The notes under the pieces are model-generated. The model saw only the letters and a list, made by a program, of their open reading frames with translations, made no database searches and had not been told where the DNA came from. Below are positions 1-10,652 of a stretch of DNA of 64,000 bases, piece by piece. Position 1 is the first letter of the stretch. Every line of letters begins with the position of its first letter. The DNA comes from Desulfosudaceae bacterium (lineage in GTDB: Bacteria; Desulfobacterota; Desulfobacteria; Desulfobacterales; Desulfosudaceae), in NCBI GenBank assembly GCA_963674745.2, contig CAXXDV010000003.1, forward strand, positions 416,001-480,000, read 5' to 3'. Both the position numbers and the translations under genes were made by a program.

Positions 1-2
1 TC

Positions 3-119
3 ACCCGACAGGTGGAGGCGGCCGGCGTCACCACGGCAACCGGTCAATTCGGCGCCATGATGGACGTGGCCCTGATCAATGACGGGCCGGTGACCATTAT
101 TCTTGACAGCCGGGATTGA
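3..119 (+). CDS. dtd: D-aminoacyl-tRNA deacylase, 3' end (partial at window edge)
   Basis: Manual translation of frame 3: [38 protein letters not shown], with the characteristic C-terminal G-x-F-G-A-x-M...N-D-G-P-V-T motif. Confidence 0.9.
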   Translation, partial: TRQVEAAGVTTATGQFGAMMDVALINDGPVTIILDSRD

Positions 120-181
120 ATGAACTGGCGTCCCGAATAATTCGTCCCTCGGGCGAGTGCCCCGGATTGATGATGAATGCT

Positions 182-251
182 GTAGGGGCACGGCGCGCCG
201 TGCCCTGAATGGACGTGATTCAAAATCGGGCACGGCACGCCGTGCCCCTAC
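182..251. repeat. GTAG-family REP doublet (inverted pair, REPIN/BIME-like)
   Basis: GTAGGGGCACGGCGCGCCGTGCCC (182-205) and inverted GGGCACGGCACGCCGTGCCCCTAC (228-251). Confidence 0.85.
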
Positions 252-303
252 TCGTGAAAAATTTGGGTTGACGGGGTGTATGAACAAATAATCTGGAGGA
301 ACA

Positions 304-1728
304 ATGACATCAAAAATGACGGGCAAGTCTATCGACGCCTTACATAAAAAGGTCGTACGCAAGCCGGCCCTGGTCTGGGACCGTTTTACGGCCGCCGAAC
401 AGAAACGGGCTTTTGATTTTGCCGAACAATACAAGCAGTTCCTGGACGCGGCCAAAACCGAACGCCTGGCCGTGGCCGCCATTGTCAGGGAACTGGATAC
501 CGCCGGTTTTGTTGATATACAAAAGGCCGCCAGCAAAAACCGTAAAGTTTACGCTGTTTATCGCAATAAAGCGGTCGCCGCCGCTGTTATCGGTAAACAA
601 CCGGTTAAAACCGGACTGAACCTGATCGGTGCGCATATTGATTCCCCCCGGCTGGACTTGAAACAGAATCCCCTCTATGAAGAAGTCGATCTGGCCATGT
701 TAAAAGTCCACTATTACGGCGGTATCCGCAAATATCAATGGCTGGCACGGCCTTTAGCCCTTTATGGCAAGGTCGTCAGAAAAGACGGATCAGATATTGA
801 TATCGCCATTGGTGATGACCTGGAAGATCCGGTGTTCACCATTGCCGATCTGCTGCCCCACCTGGCCAGAAAACTTCAGGCCGGAAAGAAGCTGGCCGAT
901 GTCTTTGACGGTGAAAAGCTGAATCTGGTGGTCGGCAGTATGCCCATCGGAGAAACGAAAAAAAATGATCGTTTCAAGCTGACCGTGTTGAAGCACCTTT
1001 ACGACAAATACAAAATTATTGAAGAAGACCTGGTCAGTGCTGAAATAGAAGCCGTTCCAGCCGGGCAGGCCCGGGATATCGGATTTGACCGCAGTTTGAT
1101 CGGCGCTTATGGCCAGGATGACCGGGTCAGCGCCTATACCCTGCTGCAGGCATTAAAGGATTTGAAGAAACCGGAAAAATCCTGTGTGGCTTTATTTTTT
1201 GACAAGGAAGAGATCGGCAGTGACGGTAATTCCGGTGCCAAATCCATCATTATGGAGGACTTTGTTTCCGACCTGCTGAATCATGCCGGTGAGGCGACGG
1301 ACGGGCGCACCCTGCGCAAGGCACTGGTTCAGACATCGGCAATTTCGGCAGATGTCAACGGCGCCCTTGATCCCGATTATCAGGAAGTTCATGAAAAGCG
1401 CAATGCCGCCCGTCTGGGATACGGGGTCTGCGTCACCAAATTCACCGGTTCCGGCGGAAAATCCGGTTCCAGCGATGCCAGTGCCGAATATGTCGGTTAT
1501 GTCAGGCGGATTTTCAACCAGGCCGGCATTGTCTGGCAGACCGGTGAGCTGGGTCGGGTCGATCAGGGGGGCGGCGGTACAATCGCCAAGTTCCTGGCCG
1601 AATACGGCATGGACATCGTGGATTGCGGGCCGTCTCTGCTGGCCATGCATTCGCCTTTTGAGATTTCCAGCAAAGGGGATGTATACATGACGTATCAGGC
1701 CTACAAGGCGTTTTTTTCCGCGGAATAA
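304..1728 (+). CDS. M18 family aminopeptidase (aspartyl aminopeptidase/aminopeptidase I-like)
   Basis: GAHIDSPRLDLK, YYGGIRKYQW, GQDDR, DKEEIGS, AMHSPFE metal-binding motifs; GGAGG RBS. Confidence 0.9.
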   Translation: MTSKMTGKSIDALHKKVVRKPALVWDRFTAAEQKRAFDFAEQYKQFLDAAKTERLAVAAIVRELDTAGFVDIQKAASKNRKVYAVYRNKAVAAAVIGKQPVKTGLNLIGAHIDSPRLDLKQNPLYEEVDLAMLKVHYYGGIRKYQWLARPLALYGKVVRKDGSDIDIAIGDDLEDPVFTIADLLPHLARKLQAGKKLADVFDGEKLNLVVGSMPIGETKKNDRFKLTVLKHLYDKYKIIEEDLVSAEIEAVPAGQARDIGFDRSLIGAYGQDDRVSAYTLLQALKDLKKPEKSCVALFFDKEEIGSDGNSGAKSIIMEDFVSDLLNHAGEATDGRTLRKALVQTSAISADVNGALDPDYQEVHEKRNAARLGYGVCVTKFTGSGGKSGSSDASAEYVGYVRRIFNQAGIVWQTGELGRVDQGGGGTIAKFLAEYGMDIVDCGPSLLAMHSPFEISSKGDVYMTYQAYKAFFSAE

Positions 1729-1741
1729 CTGGTTAGGGGGG

Positions 1742-1864
1742 GGCGACTTCGTTAAAAGCCCAATCTCTGCGTTGCGCGGCAGCCCTCGGAATTTCACGTA
1801 CAGGAAGTACGCTGCATTCCTCGGGCTTTGCGCGCCTTGACCTTGAACTTTTAACAAAGCCGCC
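1742..1864. mobile_element. MITE-like non-autonomous element, copy 1
   Basis: Inverted ends GGCGACTTCGTTAAAAG...CTTTTAACAAAGCCGCC; internal sequence colinear with the element at 44463-44613. Confidence 0.7.
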
Positions 1865-2000
1865 CCCAAAAAGACTTTTTTCGGTTTGCGATAATTATGA
1901 CTATCCAGATGAGTAAATTATTGTTTAATGCCAAATGTTTATTAATTGCCATTTGAATCAAGAATCAGAATAGTTACGAAATTTTATTACGGGAGAGAAA

Positions 2001-3227
2001 TTGATCAATAAAAAATATATATTCTTTTTTTCAACCCTGTTGGTCGCCTTAATCGTCACACTGGGCACGGCCGGAGAGGATCCGCGGGAGGTTCTGGCCA
2101 GAGCAATTGGTAGTAACGACAGCATTCTGGTCAAGGATGCCGATAGCGGTACCATCCTGTTTGAAAAAAACAGCAGTAAACCGCTGATCCCGGCATCGAC
2201 GCTGAAGGTCGTTACCAGTCTGGCCGCGCTTCATTACCTGGGTGAAGACTACCGTTTTGTGACCGAATGCTATCAGCGAAAAGACGGGGTGCTGATCCTC
2301 AAGGGATATGGCGACCCGGCTTTTGTTTCAGAAGAAATCGACCAGATGGCCCGGGCCGTCAGCCAAAGGGTAGCAGACGTATCAAAAATTGTTGTTGATG
2401 GATCGTATTTCACGACACCCCTTGTCATTCCCGGGCGGACCGGGCATTCTCTGGAGCCCTATGATGCCCCGAATGGTGCTTTGTGCGCCAACTATAATAC
2501 CGTTTCCTTCAGCCGAAAGCATGGCCGTTATGTCAGCGCTGAACCGCAGACCCCGCTGCTGCCGTTTGCTGCTGACCGTGTTAAATCCTCGGGGATTGCC
2601 CAGGGCCGGATTATGATCATCAACGACCCGCTTGAGGCGGCCGTTTACACCGGCCAACTGTTCGCCCATTTTCTGGGTGTCCACGGCTGTCGGGTCGGCG
2701 ATACGGTCGTTGACGAAGGCCGGGTAAGACCTGAAACCGATCAACTGGTTTACCGGTATGTTTCCGACAAGAAACTTCCCGAGGTTATTGTCCTGTTGTT
2801 GCAATATTCGAACAACTTCATGGCCAATCAATTGCTCCTTTGCTGCGGCGCCCGGCAATACGGCCCTCCGGCCACCCTTGCCAAGGGCCTGCAGGCCGTT
2901 CAGCAATTTTTAAGCCAACATCTTGATATCCATGACATAAAGATGGCTGAGGGATCCGGCCTGTCAAAAAGCAACCGCATTTCCGCGATCACCATGTGTC
3001 GGGTTCTGGCGGCATTTTACCCTAACCAGGGGCTCATGCGGCATGAGGATAACGAGTATTACAAAACCGGTAACCTGACCGATGTCAGTACACGGGTCGG
3101 ATATATGACTTCCGATTCGGATAGACGGTATCAATATGTCATTATGTTCAACGCTCCTGAGAAAGACGCCGGACAGTTGATTCCGGTGGTCAAGCGGCTG
3201 ATCCGGCAGTCTGAAAGGCACCTCTGA
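2001..3227 (+). CDS. dacB: D-alanyl-D-alanine carboxypeptidase/endopeptidase (peptidase S13, PBP4)
   Basis: Signal peptide, PASTLK (SxxK), GYGDP, SNN, GSGLS, KTG motifs; TTG start after GGGAG. Confidence 0.85.
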   Translation: MINKKYIFFFSTLLVALIVTLGTAGEDPREVLARAIGSNDSILVKDADSGTILFEKNSSKPLIPASTLKVVTSLAALHYLGEDYRFVTECYQRKDGVLILKGYGDPAFVSEEIDQMARAVSQRVADVSKIVVDGSYFTTPLVIPGRTGHSLEPYDAPNGALCANYNTVSFSRKHGRYVSAEPQTPLLPFAADRVKSSGIAQGRIMIINDPLEAAVYTGQLFAHFLGVHGCRVGDTVVDEGRVRPETDQLVYRYVSDKKLPEVIVLLLQYSNNFMANQLLLCCGARQYGPPATLAKGLQAVQQFLSQHLDIHDIKMAEGSGLSKSNRISAITMCRVLAAFYPNQGLMRHEDNEYYKTGNLTDVSTRVGYMTSDSDRRYQYVIMFNAPEKDAGQLIPVVKRLIRQSERHL

Positions 3228-3424
3228 AAACGACCTTTTAAAGACACCTTTTAAAAATTGGGCAGCCCAAAGTATTCCGCGCACTTTTTTTTGAACGCTT
3301 GTTTTTTATTCTATAGTGAATCATAATTTGATATATTATTTTTTTTTGAAGTGCCTGATCGTTTTTTCGGGCAGGGGTAAAAGGGGAACAGCATAAACCA
3401 ACAGTCGGTAAAAGTTGAGATGCC

Positions 3425-5785
3425 ATGGTTGAAAGCAAAAATCTGCAGCAGAGCATACTTGAAAGCAGCCCCATCGCGACATTTGTGCTGGATAAAAAAC
3501 ATCGTATTACCCATTGGAACAAGAGCCTTCAAGAACTGACCGGTATCCCGGCTGAAGAAATCGTGGGCACCAATCAGCAGTGGCGGGCGTTTTATGAAGA
3601 GGAACGTCCAATCATGGCAGATCTCATTCTGGACGGCGCGGTTGGTAAGATTGAAACTTATTATGCCGGAAAGTTCAGGCCATCTGCGCTCGTGGGCGGC
3701 TATGAGGCTGTGGATTTTTTTCCCCGTTTCGGTAAAGAAGGCAAGTGGCTTTTCTTTACCGTTTCCCCGTTGTTTGATGACCAGGGAACAATGACCGGCG
3801 CGATGACGACCCTTCAGGATATTACAGCGCTCAAGCGGGTCGAAAATGAACTTAAGGAAAGAGAAATACGTTATCGTCTTCTGGCTGAAAACGCGATGGA
3901 TATTATCTGGACGTTTGATTTAAATATGCGGCTGACCTATGCCAGTCCTTCCTTAGAGCGCCTGATGGGATTTTCACCGGAAGAAGCTTTGGCCTTGAGG
4001 CTGGAAACTTTCCTGACCCCGGATGCTTATCAGCATGTATTAAATGTGTTTAATAAAGAGCTGGAAAAAGTTTCCTCCGCCGGTACCGGTCAACCTACCA
4101 TCCTGATCCTTGAATGCGTTCGTAAAGACGGCACAACCTTCTGGACCGAAACCAGTGCCACCTGGTTGCGTCATCAAGATGGAAAGGTCAGGGGGGTTCT
4201 GGGGGTTACCCGTGATGTCACCGAGCGCAAAAGTGCCGATGAGAAGTTGCGCGCCAGCGAAGAGCGGTTCCGCTTACTGGCGGAACAGGTCAGCGATACC
4301 ATCTGGATACGTGACATGGATTTGAATATGACTTATGTCAGCCCCTCGGTGATAAAGCTGACAGGCTATACCCCTGAGGAGGAAAAGGCCCGATCACTGG
4401 AAGAAGTTCTGACTCCGGAGTCCAGAGACAGGGCCTTGCAGATGTTTCAAGAAGCCCTGTCAAAGGAACAGGCCGGGGTGAAGGTTGATGAACCCTACGT
4501 ACTTGAACTTGAGCAGTATTTTAAGAATGGCTCTTTGAAATGGACAGAGATCAGCATGACCTGGTTGCGCGACGCATCAGGTCGGGCCGAGGGGGTTATC
4601 GGGGTCACCCGGGACATCTCGGAACGCAAGCAGGTGGAGTTCGAACTGCGTCGGGCTGAAGAGCTGGCCGAACAGGCCAATCAAGCCAAATCACAGTTTC
4701 TGGCCAATGTCTCACATGAAATCAGAACGCCCATGAATGGTGTTCTGGGCATGGTGGAATTGTTGAAATCCACTGAATTGAATGACGAGCAAATGGATTA
4801 TGCCAATACCATATACCATTCGGCCAGCAGCCTGCTGGATATTATTAACGATATTCTGGATGTTTCCAAAATTGAAGCCGGTCAGATGCAGCTCAAGGAA
4901 GAGGCTTTTGATCTGGAAAAATGTGTGGCCGGTGTAAAGGGCATACTTGAATATTCAGCCATTAACAAGGGCCTCGATTTGTCGGTGTATTATAACGGTC
5001 CCAGGTGGGTCGTGGGCGATAAAACCAGGCTCAGACAGATCATCATGAACCTGACCGGGAACGCCATTAAATTTACCGATAAGGGACAGGTGAGTATTCG
5101 CGTGAATTATCAGTCAAGTCACGGATTTTTTCGTATTGCCGTAAGTGATACCGGTATCGGTATTCCCAAGAACCTTCACCAGGCTGTTTTCGACTCGTTT
5201 CGGCAGGTGGATGGGGGTGTCGCCCGAAGATACGAAGGCACCGGACTGGGGTTGACGATTTCAAAACACATGGCCGAGCTCATGGGCGGCCACATTGAGC
5301 TGGAGAGCCTGGAGGGACAGGGATCGACCTTTACCCTTGTTTTGCCGCTTCGACTGAGTGAAGACGAATCGTTGTGTGAGCCGATTGATCAGGATGTCAG
5401 TTGCCAGGTGGATGGTGTTTATGTCCTGGTCGCCGAGGACAACCCGGCCAGTCTTAAGCTGATGGAAAGCATGCTCAAAAAAAGAGGATGCCATGTGGAT
5501 AGTGCCGGCAGCGGTAAGGAAGTCCTGGAAAAATTGAGACGTCGCAGATATAACGTGGTTTTCATGGATGTTTCCATGCCTGCCCCTGACGGGTTTGAAA
5601 CGACCCGAATTGTCCGGGACCCTTCATCCAGTGTACTTGAACATGATGTGCATATTGTGGCCTTGACCGCCCACGCCCTGGCCGGCGATCGCGAAAGGTG
5701 CCTGCAGGCCGGCATGAATGATTACCTGGCCAAACCGATCAAGGGGGACAGGCTGGATGAAATTCTTTGCACTATCCAAACTTGA
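3425..5785 (+). CDS. Cytoplasmic hybrid sensor histidine kinase (3 PAS + HisKA + HATPase + REC)
   Basis: PAS/PAC repeats, FLANVSHEIRTPMNG H-box, NAIKFT, DTGIGI, GTGLGL, receiver VFMDVSMP...KP. Confidence 0.93.
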   Translation: MVESKNLQQSILESSPIATFVLDKKHRITHWNKSLQELTGIPAEEIVGTNQQWRAFYEEERPIMADLILDGAVGKIETYYAGKFRPSALVGGYEAVDFFPRFGKEGKWLFFTVSPLFDDQGTMTGAMTTLQDITALKRVENELKEREIRYRLLAENAMDIIWTFDLNMRLTYASPSLERLMGFSPEEALALRLETFLTPDAYQHVLNVFNKELEKVSSAGTGQPTILILECVRKDGTTFWTETSATWLRHQDGKVRGVLGVTRDVTERKSADEKLRASEERFRLLAEQVSDTIWIRDMDLNMTYVSPSVIKLTGYTPEEEKARSLEEVLTPESRDRALQMFQEALSKEQAGVKVDEPYVLELEQYFKNGSLKWTEISMTWLRDASGRAEGVIGVTRDISERKQVEFELRRAEELAEQANQAKSQFLANVSHEIRTPMNGVLGMVELLKSTELNDEQMDYANTIYHSASSLLDIINDILDVSKIEAGQMQLKEEAFDLEKCVAGVKGILEYSAINKGLDLSVYYNGPRWVVGDKTRLRQIIMNLTGNAIKFTDKGQVSIRVNYQSSHGFFRIAVSDTGIGIPKNLHQAVFDSFRQVDGGVARRYEGTGLGLTISKHMAELMGGHIELESLEGQGSTFTLVLPLRLSEDESLCEPIDQDVSCQVDGVYVLVAEDNPASLKLMESMLKKRGCHVDSAGSGKEVLEKLRRRRYNVVFMDVSMPAPDGFETTRIVRDPSSSVLEHDVHIVALTAHALAGDRERCLQAGMNDYLAKPIKGDRLDEILCTIQT

Positions 5786-5793
5786 CCACAAGC

Positions 5794-7476
5794 ATGTTTC
5801 TACCCACCACGCCAAATGAACTCGAACAACTAGGCTGGAAGTCCCTGGATATTATCCTGGTCAGCGGCGATGCCTATATTGATTCGCCACATGTCGGTGT
5901 AGCGGTTATCGGTAAGACCCTGGTGAACGCCGGTTACCGGGTGGGCATCATCGCTCAGCCGGACACCTCCGGGCAAACGGATATCACCCGGTTGGGAGAG
6001 CCTGCTTTGTTCTGGGGTGTCACCGCCGGGTGCGTTGACTCCATGATTTCCAATTACACAGCTTCCGGGAAGAAGCGGAACATGGACGATCTGACCGCCG
6101 GCGGTCGAAACACCCGGCGTCCGGACCGGGCCGTGATCGTATATACCAATCTCATCCGGCGCTGGTTTAAAAACACCCGGCCTGTTATTATCGGTGGTAT
6201 AGAAGCCAGTCTGCGTCGTATTTCCCATTATGATTACTGGTCAGACCGTGTCCGCCGATCCATATTGTTTGATGCCAAGGCGGATATCCTGGTGTATGGA
6301 ATGGGGGAGAAAACCGTTCTCGAGCTGGCCGATCGTATCCGGGACAACAGGCCGTTTACGGATGTGAGGGGCATCTGCTATGCATCCCGCCAACGGATAG
6401 ATGGTTTTCTGGAATTGCCCGCACATGACAGGGCCGTGAGAGATAAAGCGGCTTTCGCCGACATGTTCTCCATTTTTTATCAAAACAGTGACCCGGTTAC
6501 GGCCCAGGGGCTTTACCAGAAGCAGGATACCCGTTACCTGGTTCAGAATCCTCCGCAATGGCCGCTTTCCACTGCCGATCTGGACCGGATTTATGAGCTT
6601 GATTATGAGCGGCGTGTTCACCCCGGTCATCAGGCCGAAGGCCCGGTCCGGGCGCTTGACACCATCGGATTTTCCATCACATCTCACCGTGGTTGCTGCG
6701 GCGAATGCGGATTCTGCTCTATCGCAGTCCACCAGGGAAGGCAGGTGGTCTCCCGCAGCGAAGCTTCCATTCTAAAAGAAGCACGCCTTCTGACCCGGCA
6801 TCCCGACTTTAAAGGCATTGTTCAGGATGTCGGGGGCCCGACCGCCAATATGTACGGTATTGACTGCAATTTGTGGGGAAAACGCGGGGTCTGCCGGGAT
6901 AAAAATTGTCTGACACCATCTCCCTGCAAAGGGCTTTCTCCGGGGCATCTACATCAGATCCGTCTTTTGCGGAAAATCAGAGCGATTCCGGATATCAAAA
7001 AGGTATTCATCGGCTCCGGTATCCGTCATGATCTTGTGGTCGGAGACCGGAAACACGGGCCGGCCTATCTGGAAGAAATCGTCGCCCACCATATTTCCGG
7101 CCAGGTTAAAGTCGCCCCGGAACATTCTCAATCGCATGTCCTGAATCTGATGGGCAAACCCGAGGCGGTATTACTGCAACAATTCGCGGGCCATTTCAAA
7201 CGGCTGAACGATAAACTGAAGAAAAAACAATTTCTGACCTGTTATTTTATCGCTGCTTATCCTGGTTGTACCTATGATGACATGATGGCCCTTAAAAATT
7301 TTGTTCGAAACACTCTGGGGTTCAAGCCGCAACAGGTCCAGATATTCACGCCTTCACCATCCACTGTGGCCACCGTCATGTACTATACGGAAAAATCTTT
7401 TCCCGACGGCACCCCCCTGTTTGTTGAAAAGAACATCAGGAAAAAAGAACAGCAGAAAAAGGTGCTTCTGTCCTGA
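5794..7476 (+). CDS. YgiQ/UPF0313 family radical SAM protein
   Basis: MFLPTT...DIILVSGDAYIDSP N-terminus, GGIEASLRR, CxxxCxxC (CCGECGFC), DVGGPTANMY; start moved to ATG 5794. Confidence 0.9.
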   Translation: MFLPTTPNELEQLGWKSLDIILVSGDAYIDSPHVGVAVIGKTLVNAGYRVGIIAQPDTSGQTDITRLGEPALFWGVTAGCVDSMISNYTASGKKRNMDDLTAGGRNTRRPDRAVIVYTNLIRRWFKNTRPVIIGGIEASLRRISHYDYWSDRVRRSILFDAKADILVYGMGEKTVLELADRIRDNRPFTDVRGICYASRQRIDGFLELPAHDRAVRDKAAFADMFSIFYQNSDPVTAQGLYQKQDTRYLVQNPPQWPLSTADLDRIYELDYERRVHPGHQAEGPVRALDTIGFSITSHRGCCGECGFCSIAVHQGRQVVSRSEASILKEARLLTRHPDFKGIVQDVGGPTANMYGIDCNLWGKRGVCRDKNCLTPSPCKGLSPGHLHQIRLLRKIRAIPDIKKVFIGSGIRHDLVVGDRKHGPAYLEEIVAHHISGQVKVAPEHSQSHVLNLMGKPEAVLLQQFAGHFKRLNDKLKKKQFLTCYFIAAYPGCTYDDMMALKNFVRNTLGFKPQQVQIFTPSPSTVATVMYYTEKSFPDGTPLFVEKNIRKKEQQKKVLLS

Positions 7477-7478
7477 GA

Positions 7479-8348
7479 TTAATCGGCCATGATGATGATG
7501 ACAGCGGCCCCGGCGAACATCAGGGCCGCACCTGCCAGGCGGTTTTTGATATTCTCTTCCCGGAAAACAAGCCCGCCGTAAATAACACCGAAAACAATGC
7601 TCAGCCGTTTAATGGACATCATGTAGGCGGCTTTGACCATGGAGATGGCAAAGCCGTGGCAGATGATGTGAATGGCTGCGAGTAAACCCAACAGTCCGCC
7701 TTTAAAAGGATGCTGAAGAAATGAGCGGAGGCGGATTTTTCGAAACAGCCCAAAGACAATGATCATCACCAGCGTCAAGACAATAAAGAATAATGTCTGG
7801 AAGTATAAGGGCGAAGAATGGAGGATGGCCTTTTTGCCGATGACCGACGAAAGGCTGAAAATAAATGAGACGATCAGCATCAGCCAGGAACCGGTTTCTC
7901 TGAAAACGGCCAGCAGCGGATCGACGAAATTTCTGTCTTTGGCGGTGATGTTCAGCACATAACCGCCGCCGCAGACCATGACGATTCCGAGCATTCCCCA
8001 TCGGTTAACCTGTTCACCTAAAAAAAGATATCCGGTGCCGATGATGAAAACCGGTGTAAAAGCTAGGTAGGGCACCGTCAGGGACATGGGTGAGATTTTA
8101 ATGGCTTGCATGTAAAACACCAGGGGCACCAGGGTCAGGGGCATGCTGACGGCAAATAGCAGATAAAATTCTTTGTCCAGCGGTGGCCGGTCGACCCACA
8201 GGAAGCAGGCGACCATTACCGGTGCGGCATACACCAGAGGCAGCAGCGTCATCTCAAAAGGCGTCAGATGAGAAAACCATTTTTTTACGCCTGTATCGCA
8301 CGAGGATACTGCCAGGGCGGTCGCCAGAGATAGGAAAAACCAGGTCAT
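7479..8348 (-). CDS. EamA/DMT family transporter
   Basis: About 10 hydrophobic helices in two repeats; FLGEQ and VFREE DMT signatures. Confidence 0.85.
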   Translation of the reverse strand: MTWFFLSLATALAVSSCDTGVKKWFSHLTPFEMTLLPLVYAAPVMVACFLWVDRPPLDKEFYLLFAVSMPLTLVPLVFYMQAIKISPMSLTVPYLAFTPVFIIGTGYLFLGEQVNRWGMLGIVMVCGGGYVLNITAKDRNFVDPLLAVFRETGSWLMLIVSFIFSLSSVIGKKAILHSSPLYFQTLFFIVLTLVMIIVFGLFRKIRLRSFLQHPFKGGLLGLLAAIHIICHGFAISMVKAAYMMSIKRLSIVFGVIYGGLVFREENIKNRLAGAALMFAGAAVIIIMAD

Positions 8349-8947
8349 GAAGCGGACGATTCCCTTTTGCCGTAAACAAAAAAACGCATGGCTTCACGCA
8401 GGGCAAAAGCACCGTGCATATATAAAGCCCCCAGCCAGAAGGGAACATTTACGATTTCCGGCCGGCGATAGTGCACCAGCTCGAATTCAGCCAGGGCGCC
8501 TTCGGCAAGCATTCCTGACACTGCCAGGACCAGGGCCAGCCCGAACAGAAACAGTTTTTCATAGGTGAAGGCCAGTCTCAGGAAAAAAGCCCCATAAAAG
8601 ATAAACGACAATAACATGGGCTCCCGGTTGCCGAATCCGCTCAGAAGATAGACCAGGCCGAAAGAGATCATGGCCTCGATGCAGGCGTCAAAAGTACCGG
8701 GTACGGTTGATCGTTCATGGGGGATGGTCCCAGGCAGTAATTTTGTTATCCAGAAATAACCGGCAGCCATGGTGATAAAGGTAAGAAAAAAAAGGGGAAA
8801 GACCCAGACCGCCTGTTTGAACAGCCAGGGGTCCGGATAAACCAGCGTACCCGTATGCGCGTGAATGGCGTCACAGAAGGTGGCCAGCGCGGCAGCCATC
8901 AGGGCCAGCGGCAACATGGCAATGTAAGAATTCGCAGGTTTAGGCAT
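8345..8947 (-). CDS. Multi-pass membrane protein, INSIG-like/DUF2878-like
   Basis: About 6 TM segments; D-x-x-H-x-H-T-G-T-L-x-Y...W-V-F-P-L-F and G...E...Y..P...VPFWL..LY pseudo-repeats; ATGA overlap with the EamA gene. Confidence 0.55.
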   Translation of the reverse strand: MPKPANSYIAMLPLALMAAALATFCDAIHAHTGTLVYPDPWLFKQAVWVFPLFFLTFITMAAGYFWITKLLPGTIPHERSTVPGTFDACIEAMISFGLVYLLSGFGNREPMLLSFIFYGAFFLRLAFTYEKLFLFGLALVLAVSGMLAEGALAEFELVHYRRPEIVNVPFWLGALYMHGAFALREAMRFFVYGKRESSAS

Positions 8948-9305
8948 TAACAGTTCCTCCTAAAAATCTTGTGGTCAGGTTGGGTTATGTGTTTGAGCTT
9001 ATCCTGTTTCATACCATATCGTATTGTTCCCTAAAACAGATATTTAAGTGCCGCGGAAAGTGATTATCTAAAAAGGATTTGGATGACGACTGGAAAATTC
9101 GTTTATATTAAATATCTTTTGCCGCTGACAGCCCCTGTTTTTGATTTAATGAAACCATTTATATATATAGAGAAAAAATGTTTCCAGATTATTTTTGACA
9201 ATAGTGGTTTAAACATGATTACCATAATAAAACAGATTGTTTGTTTTAAATAATACCGATACGGCTTTTTAGCTTTCAGGGAGGGTGCCTTTTTAAGGCA
9301 GAAAA

Positions 9306-9833
9306 ATGATATCTGACGGATATGTTCATCTATATACCGGAAACGGCAAGGGGAAAACAACGGCCGCCCTCGGTCTGGCCTTGCGCATGGCCGGCAGTGG
9401 CGGCAGTACACGGATTGTTCAGTTTATGAAAGGACAGCACTACAGCGAGCTTGAGGCCGTCAAAAAACTGGGCGGTCTAATTGAAATCGAACAGTACGGC
9501 AGTCCGGATTTCTGTGTTCCCGAAGCAAACGATCTGCCGATTCATCGCGAATTCGCACAACGCGGACTGGCCCGGGCCAGGGAAACGGTGGCTGACACGT
9601 CCCTGTCCCTGGTTGTACTGGATGAAATCGTAACAGCTGTTTATTTTACGTTGGTTACACTTGATGACGTAATGGATCTGATGGCGGCCAGACACCCGGG
9701 TCTGGAGCTGGTTCTGACCGGTCGTTACGCGCCGTCGTTGTTGATCGAAAAATGTGACCTGGTCACGGAAATGAAGGAACTCCGTCATTATTACAAGGCC
9801 GGGGTTGAGGCTCGAAAAGGAATAGAATGTTAA
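9306..9833 (+). CDS. cobO: Cob(I)yrinic acid a,c-diamide adenosyltransferase
   Basis: YTGNGKGKTTAALG, VQFMKG, VVLDEI, ELVLTGR, DLVTEM...HYY..G..ARKGIE. Confidence 0.93.
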   Translation: MISDGYVHLYTGNGKGKTTAALGLALRMAGSGGSTRIVQFMKGQHYSELEAVKKLGGLIEIEQYGSPDFCVPEANDLPIHREFAQRGLARARETVADTSLSLVVLDEIVTAVYFTLVTLDDVMDLMAARHPGLELVLTGRYAPSLLIEKCDLVTEMKELRHYYKAGVEARKGIEC

Positions 9834-9843
9834 AGGGGATGAA

Positions 9844-10632
9844 ATGATGACAACCATGACGCAAAACGGTATCAGTTTTATGGCCAAACCCTGGCCGCTT
9901 GATTCAAATCGGCCGACCCTGGTGTTCATTCACGGTTCGGCCATGTCCGGTGCCTCCTGGCAGGCCCAGGTGGATGGCCTCTCGAAAGAATTCAATACGA
10001 TTGCTTTAGACCTGCCGGGGCACGGGCAAAGCCCTGGAGACGGGCATGACAACATTCCGGCTTACGCAGAAGCCGCTATGGCTTTTATCGAGGCTGTTGA
10101 ACCGCCGCGTCCCGTGCCCTGCGGCCTCAGTCTGGGCGGTGCGGTAGTCCAGCAGCTGCTGATCAATTACCCTGACCGGTTTGCCGCCGGAATATTAATT
10201 AATACCGGTGCCCGGCTGCGGGTATTGCCCCTGATTTTCGAGGCAATTCGCGACAATTATGATGGCTTTGTGCAAATGACGCATCTCGGCGGAGTGGCGG
10301 CCGGTAATCAGTCGCCGGCCATGGCGGAGACGATCCGTGATTTGATGAAATGCTCGCCTGAAGTGGCTGAAAAGGATTTTACGGCCTGCGATTCGTTTGA
10401 TGCCATGGCCCGCCTTTCTGAAATCAACCTGCCGGTCCTGGTCATCAGCGGCAATGATGATACCACCACACCTCCCAAGTATGCCGCCTACCTGGCCGAA
10501 CATATTCCCCGGGCAGAACTGGTGACTGTCCCTGATGCCGCTCACCTGGCGCCGCTTGAACAGCCACAGGCGGTCAACCGGGCCATCGCTGATTTTTTGA
10601 ATCACAAGGGATTTTCATCCGGAAACGGATGA
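9844..10632 (+). CDS. Alpha/beta fold hydrolase
   Basis: FIHGS, LDLPGHG, GLSLGG nucleophile elbow, D (GNDD) and H (AAHL). Confidence 0.88.
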   Translation: MMTTMTQNGISFMAKPWPLDSNRPTLVFIHGSAMSGASWQAQVDGLSKEFNTIALDLPGHGQSPGDGHDNIPAYAEAAMAFIEAVEPPRPVPCGLSLGGAVVQQLLINYPDRFAAGILINTGARLRVLPLIFEAIRDNYDGFVQMTHLGGVAAGNQSPAMAETIRDLMKCSPEVAEKDFTACDSFDAMARLSEINLPVLVISGNDDTTTPPKYAAYLAEHIPRAELVTVPDAAHLAPLEQPQAVNRAIADFLNHKGFSSGNG

Positions 10633-10652
10633 GGTCGTTTTACGGTTTGCGG

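Noticed and set aside
3860..4640. Internal duplication of PAS domains in the hybrid kinase
   Set aside because: Real but commonplace in these kinases
8950..9305. Cobalamin riboswitch upstream of cobO
   Set aside because: No GGGAA/GCCACTG B12-box pattern seen; looks like an AT-rich divergent promoter region
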